Assembly (NCBI RefSeq): GCF_018977255.1
Contig: NW_024704742.1
Location: forward strand, 103,542,001-103,606,000
DNA from: Callorhinchus milii
Taxonomy: Eukaryota
Reading direction: 5' to 3'
DNA length: 64,000 bases
Made by a program: the position numbers and the translations under genes. The notes under the pieces were generated by a model. It had not been told where the DNA came from and searched no databases. It saw only the letters and a list, made by a program, of their open reading frames with translations. This document shows, piece by piece, positions 1-11,734 of the stretch; position 1 is the stretch's first letter; the number at the start of each line of letters is the position of its first letter.

Positions 1-7
1 CATTAAT

Positions 8-335
8 ACAACAACAACTTGCATTTATATAGCACCTTTCACGCAGGGTAGCGTCCAAGAGCGCTTGATGATAAAGTGCCTTTCATGTAAGGAGGACGTC
101 TCTAAGCTCCTCACACAGCTGACTGATAGCCAATTGGAAGGGTAGATGAGGAGGGGAGGTAGAGTGGCAGAATGAGAGGTCAAAGATAAGGCTTAAGTCG
201 GCTTTTGAAGCTGGGGAGGGAGAAGAAGACAGCGCATGGCAGGATGAAGTTTCAGAGAGTACATGTACACTGGCTATAAGCTTGCCCACTGATGGTGGGA
301 CAGATTTGGTGAGGGACTTGAAGCAAACTGGTGTT
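8..335 (-). mobile_element. L2 LINE 3' fragment (old)
   Basis: Reverse complement ends in ...GGACGCTACCCTGCGTGAAAGGTGCTATATAAATGCAAGTTGTTGTTG, the L2-type stem-loop plus (TTG)n tail; degenerate ORF2 C-terminal sequence lies upstream. Confidence 0.8.
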
Positions 336-342
336 TGTTAAG

Positions 343-1760
343 CAACAACAACAACAACTTGCATTTATATAGCGCCCCTTATGAAGCGTAGCACCCCAGG
401 GCACTTAACAGGGGTGGAGGACGTCTCTAACCTCGGGGGAGAGGGAGGTGACTGTAGGCACAAGGGGCATGCAGAAATCCAGAGCCAGTCGAGCTGAGGC
501 AGTGGTTGTGGGTTGGGGTGTAAGCAGGTTGGAGAGATAGGAAGGTGCCAGGGCATGAAGGGATTTGAAAACAAGTGCGAAAATCTTGAAATCGACCCAT
601 TCGATGATGGGGAGCCAGTGGAGCTTGGCTTGAACTGGTGTGATAGGGGTATGGAGTTTAGTATGGGTGAGTATGCGGATGACGGAGTTTTGGATCAGTT
701 GGATCCTGTGCGTGGTGGAGCTGGGGAGATCGGTGAAGAGGGCATTTGAGAAGTCCAGTCGGGAGGTGACAATCACATGGATCAGTGTTTCGGCTGCGTC
801 CGGGTAAGGTACTGTCAGAGGTGGGCAATCTGGCGGAGATGGAGGAAGGTGGTGCTGGTCAGGGACCAGGTGTGGAGAAGGAAGAACAGCTGTGGATCGA
901 ACCTGACGCCTAGGTTGTGCACCGGTTCGGTAAGTCTGAGGCAGGGACTTTGAGGAGTTCAGAGCCCCAGGATAGAAGTCATTGATCGGACCTAATGAGT
1001 ATGGCTTCCGTCTTGTCAACATTTAGTTGTGGGAAGGTTTCGCTCATCCAGACCCTGATTTCTGCTAGACAAGCCAAGAGGATATCAGCGGACCTGAAGT
1101 CACAGCTGGAGGAGGAGAAGTAGATTTGTGTGTCATCCTCATACACGTGGAGGTTTACCCCTTGTTGGTGGATGACATCGCCAAGAGGGAGCATGTAGAT
1201 GAGGAAGAAGAGGGGGCAAAGGATGGAGTCCTGGGGTACATCAAAGGTGCCCAGGCAGGGGCGGGAGGAGAAACTGTTTGAAGAGATAAAGTGAAGGCGG
1301 TTTGGTAGGTAGGACTCAAACCATGTGAGTGTGGTCCTAATGAGGTAGATGAGGGAGTAGAGCCAGTGGATGAGGATGGCATGGTTGACTGTGTCAAACA
1401 CGACGGAGAGATCCAGGAGGACGAGGAGGCAGAGGGTGCCCTGGTCACAGATAGAGAGGATGTTGTTTGTGACCTTGATAAGCGCTGTCTCTGTGCTGTG
1501 GGCAGCGCGAAAACCAGACTGTAGGGGCTCAAGGAGGGAATAGAGGGAGAGGTGGGAGCAAAGCTGGTTAGCGACAATGCATTCCAGAGCTTAGGCAAGG
1601 AAGGGCAGGTAGGAAATCGGTTGGTAATTTCTGAGGTTGGAGGGGTCAAGGGTGATTTTTTTTGAGGAGTGGGATGATGACAGCAGTTTTACGGGTTAAG
1701 CAGAGGGAATGGCTGTGGCAGGAGGTAACAGAAGTAGGGTAATTGGAGGCGGTGGAGGGA
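343..1760 (-). mobile_element. L2 LINE, 5'-truncated, broken ORF2 reverse transcriptase
   Basis: ORF pieces 979-1401 (FDTVNH..L, DVPQDSILCPLFFLIYMLPL, YEDDTQIY, LNVDKTE) and 405-1022 (AETLIHVIVTSRLDFSN, LHWLPI..VDFKI) are L2-clade RT and C-terminal motifs; (TTG)n tail at ~343-360; frameshifted. Confidence 0.93.
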
Positions 1761-4345
1761 TTTGAAAGTGAGAATAAGGATCACCTCACTAAATGGGTTT
1801 AGTGCTCAATGTCTAAGCTCAATTAATGTTCCCACAATCCCAAGGAATTCCGATCAAACTGTGAGGTTCAATAGAACAGTAGAAACTGATCCAAGGAATC
1901 CAAAAAACTTCAGGCATTGTGTCAGAGTAAGGCAGCAAACATCCACCCACTGGGAAGAGATTATTAATAAATCTGAAGCATCAAAGAGACCAGAGAGCTA
2001 TGAAGAAAGTGCTGCTGATCTGAGGGAGACTAATATAGAATGCACATCCTTTACAACTTGTCCTGCAAGTAAATAACCATCAACCTGCTGCTGAGATTGT
2101 TTCCTTTATGTACAAACGCGCTTCCCAAAATAAATAACAAATCCCCTATGTTAAAGATTATCTCATTTCAACCTTTGGTCGGGGTCTCATAAAGATCTTG
2201 CAGACAATGAGAAGACAAAAACAAGATTCCCTGCTGAAAAATATGTAAGTTGACAATCTTTTTTTAATATACTTTCTACAATGTGCAATGAATCATTTCT
2301 AATCTTATACATGCTCACAAGTGATACACAGGATGCTGTTGTACAGCCCTTCCAAACCAATTTTTTATAACGTAAACCAAGAGTTTTATTTTAAAGGTCC
2401 CCCCTAGCCCTCCCCACCTCCGGCATGTGTTAACTGATCAAATAACAACAATAACAACTTGCACTTATATAGTGCCCTCCACCCAGGCCAGTGTCTTAGA
2501 GCGCTTGGGGAGAATAACCCGTACTTATTTTTGCATCAGTGTTATTCTTCTCTGCCCAAGCAATTCGCTTCAAACCCCCTATCCCTTCTCCCCCTCCCTA
2601 CGCTCCACTCCCAAGCATATAAACACATACTGTGATCCAGAGCTACCATCTGTACATGCAATAAAATTAACAATAAAAAAAAGTGGCCAGTAAAAGTTAG
2701 CACAAACTGTATTGTTAAGAAAAAAGTCTTAATGAGACTTACAGCTTACCTGCTCTATCCCCTTCAAGGTAAATGCTGGGTCAGTTTTCACCCTGTATTA
2801 GAAGTACTTCTCAGCTTATGCCTGGTGCACGACCTGGTGAAGACTATTCACATTCAAGTTCTTTGCTGGGAAGCGATGCATTTAATTCACAGCACCCAGA
2901 CAACTGTTGGTCTGATAGTTCTTTTGGAGATGCTCACGCACAGCCCCAAGGGGATTGATCCGCTGATAGCTGAAGTTCACATGTACCCAGGTGATGGCAA
3001 GTGAATGGCTACGTTTTCAACAAAGGCTAATTTTTCCCCAGTGCAGGTGACCTGGCAGAGCTCTTAGAGAAGTTGAGAGCAACTGTGACAATGTCTAAAA
3101 GCACCCTGAATAAAGATCTCTCAGTCAACTTGTACCGATCTGATAAAAGAAGCTCTTGCTGCAAAACCAAATCTGTAGCAACTGAGAAAAGCAGTTCCTT
3201 AAGGAGGAGGGACCAAGCAAAAGAACTGTCTCAGTGACTGACAGTGCGTTCTACCTCTCCCTTTCTACCTTGTCTTTTAATCCTCTGTAGCTTGCACAGC
3301 TTTCACAGCCACTGTTATTGAACCAATTTACATCTCTGACAACCGTGGGCTGATTTGAGGGGATTTACTCAGCATCTAATCTCCTGTGAAATAATGAGTT
3401 TATCTCATCTTCAAACATCTCAAATGGTAATCATTAACACAACATTGCCTTATTATTTGTTGGCTTAAGGTTACTGCTTTGTCAGAAGAAATGATGAGAA
3501 AATGCAAGAAAAACAGTTACATGTATCTGCATGCACACATCTGATGTGTGGGAGTTACTTGTACACTAAGGAGAGAAATGACAGGGATGTGTTCTCTATA
3601 GTGGGCAAATGACTTGGGACTGTCTCCTTTGATTGTTAGAAGTTCAGGGAAAAAATAGCATCTTTGACATTTATCAATGGCTGAACGTTATTCTATTCAT
3701 CCCTCCCTGGACAGAAATGAACATAAATCCAAAACATTGTAGTGTTAAAGGAGCTGGAACATCATGGAAAAGTGTTTTCTCAAGTGATTGTGCATTACCT
3801 TCAACACGATAACATCCAACAAGTAGTACGTGATACATTAAGTTGTAAACATTCAAAATCTGAGAGGATTTTTGTGCCCTTTTTCACTAAGATGGAGCTC
3901 CTTAATGTCTGTCTCATCATGAAAGAGAATGATTCAGGACTCAAGTGGTGGGTAAGAGCTTAGTTTAATGCAAAGTCACTAGCGTATGAATCAATAAAGT
4001 AGTTTTTACCACTGTTAACTGCCAGAGAGGAACATTTCAGTGATGTTTTGGAGTTAGAGGTTAAAACAAAATCAATAAACAGGCAAGGCTAGAAAGTACA
4101 CCCTCACATTAAATCGAGGCTCGATAGCAATGAGCAGAATTTCTTTTTTGCGTCTCTCTCCCCCTCTTAAACTGCAGTTTGAGAAGAGAGGTGCATTATC
4201 ATTTTTTAAAAGCACTGCTGCTCTATAGTTTATTTCTAGCAGTGTTTTAAAAGAAAAAAATCAGGATAGATATTGGCAATTCTACCAACATATCCATTGT
4301 TCCTATATTCTGGCTTTCTGAAGGATCTCACTGCTGGCATTATTG

Positions 4346-4482
4346 TAATAATAATAATCCTTGCATTTGATGTAATGCCTTATCACGGCATTGAGACGTC
4401 ACAAGTACTTCATAGAGTATATTGTAAAGTGGATTGACTGGATTTTGTGGACGAAACCGACAGCCAAGTGCGCGCAGCAGTC
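4346..4482 (-). mobile_element. tRNA-Ala CORE-type SINE, 3' fragment
   Basis: Matches the 3' body and (TTA)n tail of the full copies at 35303 and 55605. Confidence 0.75.
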
Positions 4483-4847
4483 CTTAAATAATACAGGAAA
4501 ACTGCTTCAAATTCCAGAGGGAAGTTTACTATGCAAGTCCATGTCCTAGGAATTTGTGGGTAATTAGATTAACGGATTTATATTAATATACTGCACATAG
4601 TTAGTTGCTTTGGTGGTGGTTATTACTGTCCCAAAAATGTACGGTTAACAAGTGATGGTATTTCATTGTTACATTTTATATTGAACACACTTTTATTAAT
4701 GTAAAGCTATCTTTCCTACCAATAGTTCAGAAATCAGCTCAAAACTGTGCTATTGTTAAGCGCTCTGAGACGCTGCCCCGAGTAAGGGTGCTTTATAAAT
4801 ACAAGTTGTTCCTGTTGTTTTTGTGATTGTTCATATTTGTAACCTTT

Positions 4848-5080
4848 GGGGAGAAATTCCACCTAGGTTTAGATTTATTCTATTTTCTGATCATTTCAGA
4901 GAGTTCAACATGAGGTAGATTATTGAATTCAGTCTTTGAAGTCTTATTTATATTTCTTAAAAGAATTTACAGAAAAGCAGCTTCAAAATTTAGGCTGCAC
5001 TTAACAATGTGTCAAATCTGCACATTCGGAAATGCTAAGAAAATAGAATAAATCTAGACCCGAGATATAATTTCTACCCC
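4848..5080. mobile_element. Palindromic MITE (GGGGAGAAATT-ended, possibly PIF/Harbinger-type)
   Basis: ~40-bp terminal inverted repeats GGGGAGAAATTCCACCTAGGTTTAGATTTATTCTATTTTCT ... AGAAAATAGAATAAATCTAGACCCGAGATATAATTTCTACCCC, flanked by TTT on both sides; homologues at 34390 and 40460. Confidence 0.75.
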
Positions 5081-5273
5081 TTTGTGTGTTAAACATTGTG
5101 ACAAAGTGTCTTGATGGCTTCTTGAGGTATCAATAAATAACCAGATATAAAAACTGAATTAAAAATGTTCAAGCTGAGTACAGTATTATAAACAAAAACA
5201 AAAAACAAAGGTTGCACAAAATATTGAAATCATTATTTGACAAGAATTAAAAACGGCAAAATTGGTCCAGTCT

Positions 5274-5636
5274 AATTATAATAATCCCTGCATTTGATAT
5301 AGCACCTAATCACATCTTCGAGACATCACAAAGCGCTTCACTGAATATACTGTAAAGTGAATTGACTGTATATTTTGTGAGCGAAACGCAGCAGACAATT
5401 GCGCGCAGCAGTGTCTCACAAACAGTCGTGGATTGAAGTGACCAAAATTATTATTTTGTTTTTTAAGAATTATTAGCCCCGGAAAAACGATACGCCAATC
5501 AACTAACAACCAGGGTCCTACTTACTGATGGGTAAACAGGGGTGTGGAGTAAGGAAACTTGCCCAACCTTTCGCCCTATCGGGAATCGAACCCAGCTCTC
5601 TCACTTGCGAGGCACATGCTCTACCAACGGAACTAC
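5274..5636 (-). mobile_element. tRNA-Ala CORE-type SINE, long form
   Basis: tRNA-like head with B box GGTTCGATTCC, GGGCAAGTTTCCTTACTCCACAC core, internal GTTTACC..AGTAAGTAGGA segment, AAATGCAGGGATTATT tail. Confidence 0.88.
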
Positions 5637-6417
5637 TTATACAGAAAAGATACAGAAAAATATCTTCCAGAAAAACCTCAGAAAAATTTAATTTTATCAA
5701 GACAGTTAGTCCAAGAAAAACTGCGATTTTTCATGACTTGATTTATTGCACCATGTCTTAATGTGTGAAACTATAAAGCTGAGGAGACACAGAGTGAAAC
5801 ACATTCATCAGTGGAGGAAAAAAACAGAGACAAAATGAATACTCTGCCTCAGGCTCTCCAGATGCTCACTTTAGACTGTAAGATTGCATTAGGAGATTCT
5901 CCAGCCAAGCACTTGAACCCTTTCTGCATTTTACCCCTTCAAGATGAGGATAGCTTTTAACCATTGCACAAATTGTAGTTGCCAACCTCTTCACTCTCTT
6001 AAACATTTATGCTTTTCCCATCTATTCCCATAATAGATTTCCCATCCAGAGCCCGCAATTTGTGCTTCCCTCTTTGGGAAGATCTGGGATCTCTTTCCAA
6101 ATGAATACCATCAATTTGTTAAAGAAAATCCCAAAACACTGGGAATGTATAGCAAGTCACAAGATCACAGGGGACGTTTGGATGCAGAAACCCTCATGTC
6201 CAATGATCTCATCCTTCCTGAAAACCCACCCTCCCAGCTCTTTTTCTTTTTCTAAAGGAAGTTTCAATGTGTGTTTTACCTATTCCGTTTGCCTCCTACA
6301 TACAATTATCCATTTTGAAGTTGGGACCATATTGAAAAAATATGGCTGTTTCTTAAATGAGTCCAGCATTCTGGCCCCAAAGACCATTCTTGGCAACCCA
6401 TTCCCAATTGTTAATTA

Positions 6418-6660
6418 ATAATAAATAATAATAATAATCCTTGCATTTGATATAGCGCTTTTCACATCTTCTAGGCGTCTCAAAGCACTTCACAGAATGT
6501 GCTGTAAAGTGAATTGACTATATTTTGTGGGTGAAACATGGCAGCCAATTGCGCACAGCAATGTCCCACAAACAGTCATGGATTGAAAATGAACAATTTA
6601 TTATTGTTTTGTTTTGAAGGGATTATTATTAGGCGTGTGGAATAAGGAAACTTGCCCAAG
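6418..6660 (-). mobile_element. tRNA-Ala CORE-type SINE, short form, head missing
   Basis: Same body and tail as the 35303 copy; ends at the CTTGGGCAAG core motif. Confidence 0.88.
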
Positions 6661-6684
6661 ACATTCCTAATTAAAATTAATTAA

Positions 6685-7250
6685 TTACCCTATTCTTCTT
6701 GGTGTCTGTCCTGAAATTGCCCTTTGCAATCCTAAACCTGTGTCCTCTTATTCTGCTGCCTTGGCAAATCTAAAAGTATTATTCTGGATTTAATTTCTCA
6801 ATTCCCTTTAACATTTTACACACCTCTGTAAAGTTCCCTCTGAATTGTCTATCTTCAAGGCCAACAACAATAGCTTGCACTTAGTTGCCCTCCATGCAGG
6901 GTAGCGTCTCAAAGCGCTTAAATACTTAGAATACTCCTAGTTTGCATAATCTTTGCTCATAGCTTATTCTTCTAACATTGTGGACCATTCTCATTGGTAC
7001 TCTCTGTACTGCTTGTAGGATCCAGGTTCACCCTTCGTATTATGGTGACCAGAATTGTATGCAGTACTGCAGGTGGTCTGATTAGAGCAGTGTGTGTGAT
7101 TTCTGGGGATCTAAACTTCAACTGATTTAGCAATAGAGCCCAACATCCATTTGCCTTGTTAATTGCTGCCAAACACTGTTTAACATGGTGAGTGATAAGT
7201 CAACTAATAATCCTAGGTCTCTTTCAGCTTTCTCCCTTGGCAAGTTCTAT
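6685..7250 (-). mobile_element. CR1 LINE ORF2 C-terminal fragment (old, interrupted)
   Basis: Minus-strand translation pieces AAINKANG.., RPP..YCIQFWSP, IRGH-type motifs typical of CR1; interrupted by an L2 tail at ~6862-6920 and by the SINE at 7254; probably resumes briefly after 7620. Confidence 0.75.
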
Positions 7251-7253
7251 CGT

Positions 7254-7619
7254 GGAGTCCTGTACAACAACAACAACAAGATTTCATTTATAAAGCGCCT
7301 TTCACGTCAGGAGGACGTCCCAAGGCGCTGTAGCTCAGTGGTTAGAGCACTCGCTTTGCAAGTGAGAGGCCTGAGTTCAATTCCAGGCAGGGAGAAACCT
7401 TGGGCAAGTTTCCTTACTCCACACGCCTGATAATAATCCCTCCAAAACAAAACAATAATTAATTGGTCATTTTCAATCCATGACTGTTTGTGGGACATTA
7501 CTGTGCGCAATTGGCTGCTGCGTTCGCCCACGAATATACAGTCAATTCACTTTACAGTATATTCTGTGAAGCGCTTTGGGACGTCTAGAAGATATATCAA
7601 ATGCAAGGATTACTATTAT
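7254..7619 (+). mobile_element. tRNA-Ala CORE-type SINE, short form, with antisense L2 tail inserted in its head
   Basis: GGAGTCCTGTA (7254-7264) [insert] GCTCAGTGGTTAGAGCACTCGCTTTGCAAG...AAATGCAAGGATTACTATT. Confidence 0.9.
7265..7330 (-). mobile_element. Young L2 3' terminus (~65 bp)
   Basis: Reverse complement CAGCGCCTTGGGACGTCCTCCTGACGTGAAAGGCGCTTTATAAATGAAATCTTGTTGTTG is almost identical to the L2 end at 42193-42252. Confidence 0.9.
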
Positions 7620-7764
7620 CCTATCCGGAGTACATGTGCCTCCTATTTATTATTCCCAAATGAATTATCTCTTTTCATTTTTTTGTTAGTCTGGTGTCTC
7701 ACACATGGGGAAACCCATCACCATGTTTCAGAATATCCAAGCCAAAGTGAGACCTCCATCACCC

Positions 7765-8225
7765 CAAATTCCAGAGATATTTATTGGAATGGAATGTGGA
7801 CTCTTCCTGGAGGTACACATTTTGCTAATTCCAGAGAATATTAGGTGTAGGTTGGCAAGAGCCAAGGCTTGAAGATCCCAAAGTGTGTGCTGAGGTACTA
7901 AAACCACATAGCTTACTAATGAAATCATTGTGTGGCAAGTTTTCTGCTGCTTGTCCAACTAGGACCACCCTACCCATTAGGGCTTTGGCTTGCGGGGTTA
8001 AGTGGGATGATTCCTGGCCCCCAGTGACTGGTCTGCTTTTCCAAGTCCTGTCGATAAATCAGGCTGGCTTTTTTGTTCAGTAGTGCCCTGTAAAGCCAGC
8101 CTGGTTTATCGACAGGACCCATCTGGATTACCAAGACCACCGCAGAGGGCTGGCTCAATTCTGATATTCCGTTGCCAAACATGTCACCTTGGAGCCAGTT
8201 CAGCTCCAAGGAGATCCCTCTTACC
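7765..8225. repeat. Unclassified interspersed repeat 'X', copy 1
   Basis: Collinear similarity to the reverse complement of 35020-35820 (CCAGAGATA..TTGGAATGGAATGTG, AATATTAGGTG, CTAAAACC.CATAGCTTAC, CAGTGACTG.TCTGC..TTCCAAGTCCTG, CAGTTCAGCTCCAAGGAGA). Confidence 0.8.
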
Positions 8226-9019
8226 TCCCCACCACCCCCATCTCATCAAGGAGGATAGTCACTAGTTGGCAAATTATCTCTTCTTTTATCTGCATTGACA
8301 GTGATTGGGCCTTGTGCATATCCTATCAAGCTCTCTCTGTAAGAAATTGCTGCTCTTCTGGTTCCAGTGATACCCAGTGATGTCAGATTGTGATATCTTA
8401 TATTAATCTTATTTACAACTAAAAAAATCCACAAATTTTACTATTTAATTTGTCCTGCTGATCGAGGATACAGTTATACTTCCTAGGCAGTCTTTTGCAA
8501 ATAACATCTGTCTAGTTACAATATTGCATATTATTGAGGTTTAAGTACTGTGTAATTAGAAAGGTTTTTGAAACTAATTTCATTTTGAAGTGATCATGTG
8601 TAATTTTGGCAATGATTCATCTGCCGAGGAACAACTCATAGCCACCCAGACCTAATTCTCTGTACAAAATGAAATCCTGCAGGAGAAAGTAAGCTGCATG
8701 TTTGTTTGCAGTTGGAAATGTATTATAAGTGAAAAATGTCTCAATGAAAGAGGCATTAGTACAGTACGTTTGGAGACACACAAGACTTTAGTGTCAATAT
8801 GTTGAGCAATTTTAATAATAATAAAAATAATCATTATTATTTAATAATAATAATTCTCATCAAGGGTCGCAAAGAGCTAATATATTGTAAAGTGGATTGA
8901 CCATGTATTTTGTGGGCATTTTACATTTTTTACTTTTTGTAAACATTTTTATTTTTATTCATATTCAAAGCATCACCTGTTATATTTTCTTTTTTGCCAT
9001 GACTTTGCCAGGCCATTCC

Positions 9020-9270
9020 CTCTGTTCTGCTAATTGAGGCCTGGATCATTTCTCCATTCCTCCTCCCTGTGATTTGTAGACCAGCTTATAGCCATTTTCC
9101 CTCTCTCTTTGGAACTGTTCCTCTAATTTCATTTGCCTAACACCCTTCGTCTCTGCTTTCAAAACACTTCTTTAAAAAAAACATTTTTTCCAGCATCTCT
9201 GGTCAGCTTCCTTCTAGACGCTACCCTGCGTGAAAGGTGCTATATAAATGCAAGTTATGGTTGTTGTTAT
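9020..9270 (+). mobile_element. L2 LINE 3' fragment (old)
   Basis: Ends in GACGCTACCCTGCGTGAAAGGTGCTATATAAATGCAAGTT..GTTGTTG. Confidence 0.65.
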
Positions 9271-9502
9271 CCCCCTGTCTTCTGCACTGTGAAAGTTTTA
9301 CTATGTGATAGACACGTTATAACTCCACTTGCTGCTGCTGTTGTTTTGACTGTCTCATGCATGCTCAGTCATTCCTGTTAAAGGAGCCTCTAACTGTGCA
9401 GTGAATCTCATATTCTAAGCCGAAGATCACCCTTGAGGAAGAAACCGAAGATTTAACTAAAGTTTCATGAGAAGTAACTGCATACGATTATCAAATCTCT
9501 TG

Positions 9503-9710
9503 ACTGAGCTGGTAGCAAGCATACAACTGGGTCAGAAGATTATAGGTTTAAGACCCATGTCAAAACTTGAATTTGTAGTCAAGTTTGATACTCTAGTGAA
9601 ATACTGGGGAGCACTGCTTCATTGGAGGCCAGATAAGATGTTAAACCAAAGTCCAGTCTGCTTGTTCTTCAAGTGGAAGTTACAAATTCCATCATAATAT
9701 TCAAAAGAGA
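9503..9710 (+). mobile_element. DeuSINE (SacSINE1/AmnSINE1-like) fragment
   Basis: tRNA-like head remnant followed by GCACTGC..TTGGAGG..GATAAGATGTTAAACCAAAGTCC, resembling the Deu domain. Confidence 0.6.
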
Positions 9711-9914
9711 AACAATAATTATTGCAAAGCATTTGAAGGCATTTTGACATGATCAGGTAAAAATGAAACTTCATTCTTTCATTCACCTTCATAGCTAATT
9801 GTCGGAGTAAATGGATGCCTTGATTGCCTAAGAAAGGCACTAAACTTGGCGTTATTTACCTGTGAAGCATTATGAGATGTTTCGATATAATGAAGTGCCA
9901 TGTGTGTCAGCCTG

Positions 9915-11210
9915 ACAACAACAACAACAACATTAGATTTATAGAGAGCCTTTCACGTCGGGAGGATGTCCCAAAGCGCTGAACAGTCAGGTGTTGGGGC
10001 TCGAGAATGGGGGAGGGGTGGTGCAGGGGTGAGGGAAGGCAGAGAAGTGGGAGGGAGACCAAAAGCACGATCGAAGAGAAGGGTCTTGAGACCGGCCTTG
10101 AAGGAGGCAAGGGAGGAAGTGAGGGGAGGGACCGTGGGATGGAGTTCCAGAATATGGGGGCAGAGAGGCTGAAAGCCCGGCCACCGACGGTAGGGCAGGT
10201 CGGGCAGGAGACATGGAGCACACTGGAGCCCGCTAAACAGATGGAGCGGGCAGGTTGGCAGGGAGTCAGCAGGTCAGAGAGGTAGGAGGAGGCAAGGCCA
10301 TGGATGGCCTTGAAAGTTAGGACAAGGATCTTGAACTCGATCCTCTGGGGGATGGGGAACCAGTGGAGTCGGGCGAGGGTGGGAGTGATGGGGTCACGGA
10401 GCCTGGTGCGTGAGAGTACACGAGCTGCAGAGTTTTGGATAATCTGCAGCTTGTGAAGGGAAGAGTTGGGAAGGCCAATGAGCAGGGAATTTCCACATTC
10501 GAGCCTTGATGTGATGAGAGCGTGGGTGGGGTTTTCAGTAGCCTGAGGGGTGAGGCAGTGGCGGTGTCTGCAATGTTGTGGAGGAGGTAGTAGGCAGTGC
10601 CGGTCATGGCGCGGATGTGGGGGAGACAGGACAGTTCAGGGTTAAACAAGTCACTCAGGCTCCTGACTGGCTTAGTGAGGTTGAGTGTGCAGCCGTGGAG
10701 GCTGATGCTGCCAGTACCCGAGGTGCAGAGACGCTGGCGTGAGCCAATCAGGAGGACCTCGGTCTTGCTGATGTTGCGTTGGAAAAAGTTGTCCCTCATC
10801 CAGGACTTGATGTCGGACAGGCAGTTGGTCAGGACGCCAGTAGTCCTGGAGTTGAGGGTGGAGACAGAGAGGTAGAGATGGGTGTCACCTGCATACATGT
10901 AGAAATTTACCACATGTCTGCGGATGATGTCACCAAGGGGGAGCATGTAGAGGGTGAAGAGGAAGAGACCGAGGACAGAGCCCCGAAGAACACCACACGA
11001 GACGATGCCGGGCTGGAAGAGAAACCATTTGTTGTGATGAAGTGGAGGCGGTGTGAAAAGTAGGACCTAAACCAGTCAAGGATAGAACCTTGAAGGTTGA
11101 GGTGGGAGGAGAAGTGGTGGAGGAGGATTGAATGGTCCATGGTTTCAAAGGCAGCGGAGAGGTCGAGGAGGACGAGGAGGCAGAGGGAGCCCTGGTCGCA
11201 CATGGTCAGG
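9915..11210 (-). mobile_element. L2 LINE, 5'-truncated, broken ORF2 RT
   Basis: [52 protein letters not shown] motifs; GGGACATCCTCCCGACGTGAAAGG stem-loop and (TTG)n tail at 9915-9975. Confidence 0.94.
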
Positions 11211-11309
11211 AGGTCCCATCTGTCTGTTTGGACGTTAAAGATCCTTTGGCACTATTAAAAAAAAATTGCCCACAAAGTGTACAGTCAATTGTAATATAGT
11301 TGCAGGGTA

Positions 11310-11470
11310 GTTCTACAACTACATGTTTTATTCTTCTTCCCAAAATGTGTAACCTCATTATCATCTGCATTACATTTCACCTGCCACTTTTCTGCCCAAT
11401 CTACATGTTTTTCTGTGTGCTCTGAAATTGCTTTCAATCTTCTTCACTGTTAATTATATTCCCTATTTCA
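11310..11470 (-). mobile_element. CR1 RT fragment (degenerate)
   Basis: Minus strand reads ..WAEKWQVKCNA..EVTHFGKKNK, a CR1 RT motif. Confidence 0.6.
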
Positions 11471-11734
11471 TTACAAACAAAAGTATCTTCTTTGAATTTG
11501 TAAAATGTATTAAGAAGCTGAATCAGTGTTCCGATCAGCAGCAATAGAGGAAATCAAGGACTATTACTACATCATCTGGTTGCTCTGATTCAATGTTATA
11601 GGCAAATCGGAGATAGACAAAGTTTACTTCACATCATCAAATACAGTAATAATAATCCTAGCATTTGGTACAATGTTTATATTGCTGAAATATCTCAAAA
11701 TGATTTATGGCTAATTGCTGTCAGGTACAGTCTT

